Assembly (NCBI GenBank): GCA_963705305.1
Contig: OY970067.1
Coordinates: forward strand, 5,024,001-5,088,000
Reading direction: 5' to 3'
Origin: an uncultured Methylomirabilota bacterium
Lineage (GTDB): Bacteria > Methylomirabilota > Methylomirabilia > Methylomirabilales > 2-02-FULL-66-22
DNA length: 64,000 bases
Numbering within the stretch: the stretch's first letter is position 1; every line of letters begins with the position of its first letter. Shown here piece after piece: positions 49,013 through 56,660 of the stretch. The notes under the pieces were generated by a model, which saw only the letters and a list, made by a program, of their open reading frames with translations, had not been told where the DNA came from and did not search any database. The translations under genes were made by a program, and so were the position numbers.

Positions 49013-49537
49013 TCATGCTGTGGATGGATGGCTGGTCCCGGCGGTGGGGGGCGAAATCCACCGCACCACCCGGACCGGCGCCTGCCCGGGGCAGGCGGCG
49101 TGAAGCCGCCGCCGGAAGATCGAGGACGACGGCCGCCGGGGAAAGAAGACGAGATGCGCCCGGCACGCGCAGTCCGAGGCGCCGAAGTGCGGAACCGGAA
49201 TCGCGGCGCCGGGAGCCCGGCGAAACACCTCCGCCCAGGCGTGCTCGCGACGGATCGGATCGCGCGAGATCCAGGCCTCCCGCACCTCCGCCGCCGTGCG
49301 GAGATAATCGATGTGCCAATGCCGCCGCCGCAGCGTCCGGCGGTGGTGCGCGATCCTCGCCTCGATTCCGCCCGGTCCGAATGCACTCCCCACGTACACG
49401 TAAAAGCCCGGCCGGACCTCCATCACCCCCAGCCGGCCAATCTCGATCCGTGCGGCGGCAGGCGCGTGGAGAATCAGGGCGTACGTCCCGGTCCGGCTCG
49501 CCGCCGCGCGGACGGCCTCCTTCCCGGCACGCGGCAC
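49013..49537 (-). CDS. GIY-YIG (DUF123/Uri-type) nuclease family protein
   Basis: GTYAL...YVYVGSA, RHWHIDYL, FGASDC.C..HL. Confidence 0.8.
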   Translation of the reverse strand: MPRAGKEAVRAAASRTGTYALILHAPAAARIEIGRLGVMEVRPGFYVYVGSAFGPGGIEARIAHHRRTLRRRHWHIDYLRTAAEVREAWISRDPIRREHAWAEVFRRAPGAAIPVPHFGASDCACRAHLVFFPRRPSSSIFRRRLHAACPGQAPVRVVRWISPPTAGTSHPSTA

Positions 49538-49540
49538 TTG

Positions 49541-49894
49541 CTACTCCTTCCGCATGGCCTCGATTTCGTTCAGGAATTCCAGGAGGTGCTCCCGGACGAT
49601 CACGAACGCCGGCCCGCCGCCAAATTCGACGCCGATGGCCGCCGCCTCGATCACCTCGTCCCGTTTGGCCCCGGCCGCGATGGCGTTGTAGGCATGGTTG
49701 GCCAGGCACTCCACGCAGCGCGTAGCGACCGAGGCCCCCACCGCCACCAGTTCCTTGTGCTTCCGCTGCAGGCTCCCGCAGCCGTAATACCGCTTCATGA
49801 GCTCGTTAAAGCCGTGGTACAGCGTTGGGGTTTCTTGCTCGAGGCGCTTCCAATCCTCCGCGCGCTGCCTGAGAATATCCCTCGCTTTTCTCAT
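49541..49894 (-). CDS. Carboxymuconolactone decarboxylase/AhpD-family protein
   Basis: KHKELVAVGASVATRCVECLANH, GGGP. Confidence 0.85.
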   Translation of the reverse strand: MRKARDILRQRAEDWKRLEQETPTLYHGFNELMKRYYGCGSLQRKHKELVAVGASVATRCVECLANHAYNAIAAGAKRDEVIEAAAIGVEFGGGPAFVIVREHLLEFLNEIEAMRKE

Positions 49895-50097
49895 GTGCGC
49901 CACCTCCCTGCCCCCCGACCCGTCCGGAACGTCGACCCGGGACACTGCCGCTCTGCCGTCCGACCCCGATGCTACTACAAAGCCCTCACGCTTTTCCAGT
50001 GGCATCGGCCGATCGTCCTCGCCTGCCGACCGACGGCTCGTCAACCCGGAGTATTCACGGCCGCGGCTCCCAGCCTTGAACCGAAAGAACTGTTGAT

Positions 50098-50132
50098 CGC
50101 CATGACGCCAAGGGCACCCCTTTCAATTTCGA
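50098..50132. repeat. REP-like family B, partial copy
   Basis: 35 bp exactly reverse-complementary to 52222-52256. Confidence 0.75.
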
Positions 50133-50143
50133 AAGCGGTAATC

Positions 50144-51568
50144 TTACCCCCTCAGACTGCTGTCGAGGGCCGCCAGCGCCGCTCGGTACCCGCACATGCC
50201 GTGCACCCCGCCGCCGGGGGGCGTCGAGGCCGAGCACAGGTACACGCCTCCCAGCGGGGTCGCGTAGGGAACCGCCCGCAGCACGGGCCGCGCCAGGAGC
50301 TGGGAGAGATCCTGGAGACCGCCTCCGATGTCGCCGCCCACGTAGTTGGCGTTGTAGCGCTCCAGGTCGCACGGGAAGAAGGCGTGCCGGGCCAGGATCC
50401 GGCCGTGGAACCCGGGGGCAAACCGTTCGATCTGCGCCTCGATCCGAGAGGTCATGTCCACGGTCGATCCGTTGGGCACGTGACAGTACGCCCAGGCGGT
50501 CTGCTTTCCCTGGGGCGCCCGCCCGGGATCGAACAGGCTCGACTGGGCCAGGAGGACGAAGGGTCGCTCCGGGTGCTCTCCGCGGCTTACCGCCCCCTCG
50601 GCGGCGGCGATGTCGCGGAGCGTCCCGCCCAGATGGACCGTGGCCGCTCGCAGGCACTCGGCCGCCGCCCAGGGAATCGGCCCGTCCAGCGCGTAGTCCA
50701 GCTTGAACACGCCGGGCCCGTGCCGGTAGCGCGACAGCCGGCGCCGGTACTCCAGGGGCAGCCGATGACCCGCTAGCGAGAGGAACTGACCGGGCGACAC
50801 GTCGAGGAGCGCGGCCTGCGCGCCGGCCAGTTCGTCCAGCGACTCCACCCGCTTTTCGAAGACGACCTTGCCCCCCAGCGCGGAGAGGTACCCTGCCAGG
50901 GCGTCGGCGATCCGCTGCGATCCGCCGCGGGCCACCGGCCAGCCCGCGACGTGGCCGAGGATGCCCAGCACCAGTCCGCAGGCGGCGCTGAGCGGCTGCT
51001 CCAGCGAGAGCATGGAATGCGCGGCCAGACCCGCGAAGAGCGCTCGAGCCGGCTCATCTCGGAAGCGTCCCTCGGCCAGGCCCCGTGCGGATCGGATTCC
51101 CCGGACGCCGAACCGGGCCAGAGCCCAGGGATGGCGCGGCGGGCGCAGGAGGGGACCGAAGAGCATATCCGACAGCCGCTGCCAGGCGGCCGCCAGGGGC
51201 GCCATCAGTCGATGGTAGGCGGCGCCGTCCCGCCCCAGTCCCTGGGCCGTGGCCTCCACCGACGGCTTCAGCACCACCGCCGTGCCGTCATCCAGCGGAT
51301 GGGCCAGCGGCACGGGGGGATGGATCCACTCCAGTCCGTACTCGCGGAGGGGAAGACTGCGGAAGAAGGGCGAGGCCGCTCCTAGGGGGTGCACAGCGGA
51401 GCAGACGTCGTGGACGAACCCGGGCAGGGTGAGCTCCGCCGAGCGCATCCCGCCGCCGATTCGCTCGGCGGCCTCGTACACCAGGACCGAGCGCCCCGCG
51501 CGCGCCAGCGTGATGGCCGCCGCCAGCCCGTTCGGACCCGAGCCCACGACTACCGCTTCCGGTCGCAC
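50144..51568 (-). CDS. Phytoene dehydrogenase-like FAD-dependent oxidoreductase
   Basis: VVGSGPNGL, HDVCSAVHP, YLCSASTPPGGGVHGMCG. Confidence 0.88.
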   Translation of the reverse strand: MRPEAVVVGSGPNGLAAAITLARAGRSVLVYEAAERIGGGMRSAELTLPGFVHDVCSAVHPLGAASPFFRSLPLREYGLEWIHPPVPLAHPLDDGTAVVLKPSVEATAQGLGRDGAAYHRLMAPLAAAWQRLSDMLFGPLLRPPRHPWALARFGVRGIRSARGLAEGRFRDEPARALFAGLAAHSMLSLEQPLSAACGLVLGILGHVAGWPVARGGSQRIADALAGYLSALGGKVVFEKRVESLDELAGAQAALLDVSPGQFLSLAGHRLPLEYRRRLSRYRHGPGVFKLDYALDGPIPWAAAECLRAATVHLGGTLRDIAAAEGAVSRGEHPERPFVLLAQSSLFDPGRAPQGKQTAWAYCHVPNGSTVDMTSRIEAQIERFAPGFHGRILARHAFFPCDLERYNANYVGGDIGGGLQDLSQLLARPVLRAVPYATPLGGVYLCSASTPPGGGVHGMCGYRAALAALDSSLRG

Positions 51569-51723
51569 CCGCCCGACCCCTTCCCTCTCCGACGGAGAGA
51601 TAGACGCCTATCCCGCCGCTTTCTCCCCTTCGACAGGATGCCACTGGAGAGTCTCGGGAATCAACGGATATTTCGGGCGCCCCTGCCCGGGGATCAGCGG
51701 ACGGGCGCCCTGCCGCGAACCGC

Positions 51724-52125
51724 CTACGCCGCGAGTGCCCGGCCCGGCCGGTGCGCCGCCGCCCGCTCCGCGCGCAGCCTGGTCCCCCCGGAGTCTGGGT
51801 CCGGCCTGGGCGTCAGGATGACCTGGTACGTCTCCCCGTCGGAAAACACCCCGCACGCGGCGGCCAGGATGCCCGCAGTGATGTCCGGCCGGCTGAAGGG
51901 GACGCCAATCCGGACTCGCCAGGGGCCCCGGAGCGGCTTCTCTACCCACGGCGAGGCGACGGCGCCGAATCGTTCCTGGATTACGTCGGTCAGCGCGATC
52001 TGCCGACGAATCGCATCCTCCCGCCGCTTTCGACGGCTCCGGACCGCCAGCATCGGCAGGCCGATCCACAGGAACGCGTACAGCGACACAAGCATGATCC
52101 CGAACACGATCGAGCCGATATGCAT
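51724..52125 (-). CDS. Hypothetical single-TM membrane protein
   Basis: N-terminal hydrophobic helix; GGAGGAG RBS. Confidence 0.55.
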   Translation of the reverse strand: MHIGSIVFGIMLVSLYAFLWIGLPMLAVRSRRKRREDAIRRQIALTDVIQERFGAVASPWVEKPLRGPWRVRIGVPFSRPDITAGILAAACGVFSDGETYQVILTPRPDPDSGGTRLRAERAAAHRPGRALAA

Positions 52126-52184
52126 GACCGCTCTCCTCCCCGCGCGGGTTCAGCCGACAGCGAATCCCAATCCGAGAACATCTC

Positions 52185-52258
52185 TCCGCCAAGGCACCAA
52201 GGGAAAATCCGAATTTCGAAATCGAAATTGAAAGGGGTGCCCTTGGCGTCATGGCGGT
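52185..52258. repeat. REP-like family B, full palindromic copy
   Basis: CCGCCAAGGCACCAAGGG...AT-rich spacer...CCCTTGGCGTCATGGCGG. Confidence 0.7.
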
Positions 52259-52297
52259 TGAGGAGCTCTTTCGGTGGAAGGCTCACGTCACCCGGTA

Positions 52298-52326
52298 TGA
52301 CACCGCGGGCAGGCTAGTGTGAAATG
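52298..52326 (-). promoter_or_regulatory. ECF-type promoter motif, copy 2
   Basis: CATTTCACAC-n11-CGGTGTCA on minus strand; same as 53816-53844. Confidence 0.6.
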
Positions 52327-53285
52327 GGATGAAGATCCGGCCGGCAGGTGGTGCAGGGGGTGAGGCCCGCCGCCTCCGCGTGTCCGCGGGACGCGAAGCG
52401 GGCGAGGGGGACGGATCGGCGCCCGGCGAGCGAGGGGCACGTCGGCAGGCAATATTCCCGGTCTCCCGGCACGAGGACGTACATCGCCTCGGAAACGATG
52501 CCAAGCCCGCCGCCGTGCCCGGTGGTGGGGACGCCCTCCATGGCCAGCAGCCGGCGCTTCAGGTCCACCTTGTGGCCGGCGTACCCGGTCAGGGCGCCGG
52601 AGCTTCCGATCACCCGGTGGCACGGGATCACGATCGGCAGGGGGTTCCAGCGAAGCGCCTGGGCCACGGCCCGCACGGCCGATGCTCGGCCGATTTCCTG
52701 GGCGATCCCGGCGTAGGATATCACGGCCCCGTACGGGAGGGCGGCCGTGGCCTGCAGGACCCGCCGGTGAAAGTCGCTCCGCACCAGGCGCAGGTCCAGC
52801 GACCAGTCCAGGTGCCGACGCCGGCCGTGCAGGTACTCCAGCAGATCCCGCTGGAGGGTCTCCAGCTCCCCGCCCCCTTCGACCATCTCCACGCCGGGCT
52901 CGCGGCCGAGGCGCGAGGAGCGCACACCCGCCCCCCGCTCGAGATACTCCACCAGCGCAATCCCCGTCTCCGACTGGGCGATCAGGATGGGCCCCAGGGG
53001 TGACGGGAAGATGCGATAGGCCAGCAGACGGCGGCGGAGGTCCGCCAGGCGCGTATCGAGCTGCTCGCGGGTCCGAGCCAGCGTCTCTTCCGGCAGCCGC
53101 GCCTCCCGAAGCGCGGCAACCGCCCCGTCCACCGCGCGGTAGGCCTGGTATTCCCGGCGGCAGGGGCCGCAGGTCTCCAGGTGCCTCTGCACCCGCTCGA
53201 CCGCGCCCGGCGGCGCCTCGCCCATGGCCGCGGCCAGCAGCTCCTCTGCAATTCGCCCGCATCCCGCCGGCTTCTTGCCCATCAT
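52314..53285 (-). CDS. Fusion of zinc anti-sigma (zf-HC2), methylated-DNA-protein-cysteine methyltransferase and Ada Zn-binding domains
   Basis: HLETCGPC; SPLGPI; RAVAQALRWNPLPIVIPCHRV; YCLPTC...AEAAGLTPCTTCRP. Confidence 0.85.
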   Translation of the reverse strand: MMGKKPAGCGRIAEELLAAAMGEAPPGAVERVQRHLETCGPCRREYQAYRAVDGAVAALREARLPEETLARTREQLDTRLADLRRRLLAYRIFPSPLGPILIAQSETGIALVEYLERGAGVRSSRLGREPGVEMVEGGGELETLQRDLLEYLHGRRRHLDWSLDLRLVRSDFHRRVLQATAALPYGAVISYAGIAQEIGRASAVRAVAQALRWNPLPIVIPCHRVIGSSGALTGYAGHKVDLKRRLLAMEGVPTTGHGGGLGIVSEAMYVLVPGDREYCLPTCPSLAGRRSVPLARFASRGHAEAAGLTPCTTCRPDLHPISH

Positions 53286-53806
53286 TGCGACTCCTCGGGA
53301 AGCAATCCATGGCCGTCCAGGGCCTGGCGGATCTTGCGCAGCGCCTGGAACACGTGCGCCCGGGCGCTCTCGGCCGAACAGCCCAGACTCCGTCCGATCG
53401 CCTCGTACTCCTGGCCGTGGACCTTCCGCTGCACGAAGGCCAGCCGCTGCTTGAGCGGCAGGCGCCGGATGACCCCCTCGGCCAGCGCGCCCGCCTCGCG
53501 GGAGAGCAGCCGCGCCTCTGCCCCGCCATCCCCCGACTCGCGAGTGGAAACGCGCACTGCGTCGTAGGCCCGGCGCCGCCGCGTCTCCGACCGGAAGTAA
53601 TTCTTGGCCAGGTTGGTGGCGATGGAGAACAGCCAGGCCCGGACGTTGGCACCGCTGGGGAGCGACCCGTACGCCCGAAAGGCGTGCAGGAAGGTCTCCT
53701 GTGACAGATCGTCGGCGTCCCCCGCCCGGCCGATCGCCCGCCGGAGATACCGGCAGATCTCCTCGTGGTGCGCCGATACAATGACTTCAAACGTCTCCTG
53801 GCCCAT
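53282..53806 (-). CDS. ECF sigma factor
   Basis: DADDLSQETFLHA, AWLFSIATN (region 2); LPLKQR...YEAIGRSLG...ARAHVFQALRKI (region 4); ATGA overlap with the downstream gene. Confidence 0.92.
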   Translation of the reverse strand: MGQETFEVIVSAHHEEICRYLRRAIGRAGDADDLSQETFLHAFRAYGSLPSGANVRAWLFSIATNLAKNYFRSETRRRRAYDAVRVSTRESGDGGAEARLLSREAGALAEGVIRRLPLKQRLAFVQRKVHGQEYEAIGRSLGCSAESARAHVFQALRKIRQALDGHGLLPEESQ

Positions 53807-53815
53807 TATCCTGTG

Positions 53816-53844
53816 TGACACCGGACCTGCCCCGGTGTGAAATG
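53816..53844 (-). promoter_or_regulatory. ECF-type promoter motif, copy 1 (likely autoregulatory, leaderless)
   Basis: CATTTCACAC-n11-CGGTGTCA ending 9 nt before the sigma ATG. Confidence 0.65.
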
Positions 53845-53891
53845 AGGGGATGAAAAGCGCTCTCGACGTGCCTCGCCCGCCGGCCGGAACG

Positions 53892-55091
53892 TCAGGAAAG
53901 CAGGCGTGCCGCCGCGAGGGCATAAACGATGGTATGCGAATAGACCTCCTCCATCTCGACCCACTCGTCCGGGCCGTGGGATACCTCCAGGCGGCCCGGT
54001 CCGTACGCGAATGCCGGGATTCCCCGGCGCGCGTACCAGCGGGTCTCCAGGATGCCCGGGCACATGGCGAAGGCCGGCCGCGCGCCGGTCGCCGCCTGGA
54101 TGGTCTCGGCCAGAGCTGCGGCCGCCGGGTGATCCTCCGGGACGCCGCTGGAGTCCCCCTCCTGGAGCATCTCGATCTCCAGCGCGATGCCGCGGCGCCG
54201 GCTCTCCTCCAAGACCTCGAGAAGCCGCGCCTTTTCGGTGGCGAGATCCTCCTCGGGATTGAACCGCCTTTCCACGGTGAAGGAACAGCTCTCGGGGACC
54301 ACGTTGAAATTGGTCCCCCCCTCGACCCGCCCGCCCAGCATGAGGATCGATCCGGCCGCCTCGGGCGCGATGCGGTAGCCGGTCCGGCGGGTCTCCACCT
54401 CGGCCTTAACGGCCAAAAGATCCGTCGCCACGCGCAGCATCTGCTCGAACGCGTTGACGCCCTGGTGCTGCAGCCCGACGTGGGCCGCCCGGCCTTTCAC
54501 GGTGACGCGCAGGCTGACGGCCCCCCGGTTGGCGTTCCAGATGACGCCCCCGGTGGGCTCCGGCGTGAGCATGGCGACGGCGTCCCGTCCCAGCAGCCCG
54601 AGCCGATCCAGGTGGCCCGACCCGGCCCGGCCTCCGGTCTCCTCGTCGGCCACGATGCACAGGCCGATCCGGCCCTGCAGGGGAACCCCCAGCCGCTGCA
54701 GGAGGTGGGTTGCGTACAGCATGGCGGCCAGGCCCAGCTTCATGTCGGCGGACCCCCGGCCGACCAGCCGTCCCCCTTCCAGGCGCGGCTCGAACTGGTC
54801 GCGGCGGTGGGCCGGCACCACGTCATAGTGGCCGTGGAAATAGAGCGTGCGCCGGCCTTCGCCGGCGAAGCCGAGCAGGTTGTAGCCGGGGCGCCCGGGA
54901 GAGCCGGGCGCCTCGATGATCTGATACGCCAGCCCAAGGCGACCCAGCTCCAAGCGGATCCGGTCCGCGCACTCGCGGTAGCGGTTGCCCGGCGGATTCT
55001 CGCTGGCGATGCGGATGAGGTCCTGCCCCAGCGCCAGCAGGGGCTGCTTGCAGGACTCCAGGGCCTGCCTCAGCGCGCGTTGGAGGTCCAT
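53892..55091 (-). CDS. M20 ArgE/DapE-family deacylase
   Basis: HGHYDVVP, GRGSADMK, ADEETGG, GRAAH, HGPDEW. Confidence 0.88.
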   Translation of the reverse strand: MDLQRALRQALESCKQPLLALGQDLIRIASENPPGNRYRECADRIRLELGRLGLAYQIIEAPGSPGRPGYNLLGFAGEGRRTLYFHGHYDVVPAHRRDQFEPRLEGGRLVGRGSADMKLGLAAMLYATHLLQRLGVPLQGRIGLCIVADEETGGRAGSGHLDRLGLLGRDAVAMLTPEPTGGVIWNANRGAVSLRVTVKGRAAHVGLQHQGVNAFEQMLRVATDLLAVKAEVETRRTGYRIAPEAAGSILMLGGRVEGGTNFNVVPESCSFTVERRFNPEEDLATEKARLLEVLEESRRRGIALEIEMLQEGDSSGVPEDHPAAAALAETIQAATGARPAFAMCPGILETRWYARRGIPAFAYGPGRLEVSHGPDEWVEMEEVYSHTIVYALAAARLLS

Positions 55092-55098
55092 ACTGCTG

Positions 55099-55446
55099 TC
55101 ACCTCACCCGCCGGCGGCGCGCCGGGGATTTCGTGCCCGGCGCCCCCGCCGGACTCTTTCGCCTGCGACGCCGGGTGCTGGCCCGCTTGGCGGGCCCGAC
55201 CTTCCAGGCCACCACGCCCAGCACGAACAGCAGCCCGTAGGCGGCGCGGACGAGCGTCCACGTCTCCCAGCGGAGCGAATACTGCGCCACGATCGCCACC
55301 GCCCAGACCAGGAGGAACTGCAGCGCGGCCGCCACACCCACGAACGGATGGCCGGCAACCGACCGCAGGGCCAGCCGGATCCCGACCCATCCGAGCAGTG
55401 CGACGACGAGGCTCTCGCCGAGCAGTTCCAGGAGCTGCCAGGTCAC
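55099..55446 (-). CDS. Small hypothetical membrane protein (about 3 TM)
   Basis: WQLLELLGESLVVALLGWVGI...LLFVLGVVAWK followed by a basic tail. Confidence 0.55.
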   Translation of the reverse strand: MTWQLLELLGESLVVALLGWVGIRLALRSVAGHPFVGVAAALQFLLVWAVAIVAQYSLRWETWTLVRAAYGLLFVLGVVAWKVGPAKRASTRRRRRKSPAGAPGTKSPARRRRVR

Positions 55447-55679
55447 GTCTGCCACCTCGTCCCTCGCTTGCCAGGGTGACGCAGTTGCTCTTATTACCCT
55501 TTCGGGTCCCCCAGGCCTGCGGGCCTTGTCTGCCCTCGACCTTCCGGGAGGAGGCGCCGCCGGGGGGAACGCCCCCTGCCGCAAGGCGGCGGGGGGCGCC
55601 GGAGTCTTTGGATGACGGCTGGTCAGGGGCTCGGGCGTTTCTCTCGAGAAGGAGCAGGACCGGTCCTGCCGGGCGCTCC

Positions 55680-56639
55680 CTACTCCTCCTCGAACACCCC
55701 CATGCGCCGGAATTTTCGGTAGCGCTCTTCCAGGAGCGTGTCGGTGGGAACCGCCAGCAGGCGCTGGAAGGCCGCGACGAGGACCTCCTTGAGGGTGGCC
55801 GCCATCTCTTGATGGTTGCGGTGGGCGCCGCCCACCGGCTCGGGCACGATGGCGTCCACCAGCCCAAGACGCTTGAGGGTGTCGGCGGTGATGCCCATGG
55901 CGGCGGCCGCTTCGGGGGCCTTGGCCGGGTCCCGCCAGAGGATGGAGGCGCATCCCTCGGGCGAGATGACCGAGTAGATGGCGTACTCCAGCATCAGCAC
56001 GGTATCCCCCACGGCGATCCCCAGCGCGCCCCCCGAGCCCCCCTCTCCTGTGATGGCGACCACCACGGGCGTGCGGAGCAACGTCATCTCGCGGAGGTTC
56101 CGGGCGATGGCCTCGGCCTGCCCCCGCTCCTCCGCGCCGATGCCGGGGTAGGCGCCGGGCGTGTCCACCAGGGTCAGGATCGGCCGGTGGAACTTTTCCG
56201 CCAGCTTCATGAGCCGCAGGGCCTTGCGGTAGCCCTCGGGGTTGGCCATGGCGAAGTTCCGGGCCAATTTTTCTTTGGTGTCTCTTCCCTTCTGCTGTCC
56301 GATCACGACCAGGGGCATGCCGTCCAGGCGGGCCGGCCCGCCGACGATGGCCCGGTCGTCCCGGAAGGCGCGGTCCCCGTGCAGCTCCAGGAAGTCGGTG
56401 AGGAGCAGCCGGATGTAATCCATGGTGTACGGCCGCTGAGGGTGCCGGGCGATCTGGGTGCGCTGCCAGGGGCTGAGGCGGGCGAAGATCTCCTGCTGAA
56501 GGCGCGAGACCTTGCGCTCCAGACGCGCGATCTCGCCGGTGAAGTCCACCTGCTCGACCTGGGCGACCTGCTTCAACTCCTGGATCTTCTGCTCCAGCTC
56601 CAGGATCGGCCGCTCGAACTCCAGCGTGTAGGTCGGCAT
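55680..56639 (-). CDS. accA: Acetyl-CoA carboxylase carboxyltransferase alpha
   Basis: [38 protein letters not shown]. Confidence 0.96.
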   Translation of the reverse strand: MPTYTLEFERPILELEQKIQELKQVAQVEQVDFTGEIARLERKVSRLQQEIFARLSPWQRTQIARHPQRPYTMDYIRLLLTDFLELHGDRAFRDDRAIVGGPARLDGMPLVVIGQQKGRDTKEKLARNFAMANPEGYRKALRLMKLAEKFHRPILTLVDTPGAYPGIGAEERGQAEAIARNLREMTLLRTPVVVAITGEGGSGGALGIAVGDTVLMLEYAIYSVISPEGCASILWRDPAKAPEAAAAMGITADTLKRLGLVDAIVPEPVGGAHRNHQEMAATLKEVLVAAFQRLLAVPTDTLLEERYRKFRRMGVFEEE

Positions 56640-56660
56640 GGGCTCGTCCTCGTCGCCGGA

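Noticed and set aside
51990..52286. 98-aa ORF starting just after the second ECF motif
   Set aside because: Much of it is translated REP-like repeat and it overlaps the 51724-52125 gene; not supported as coding
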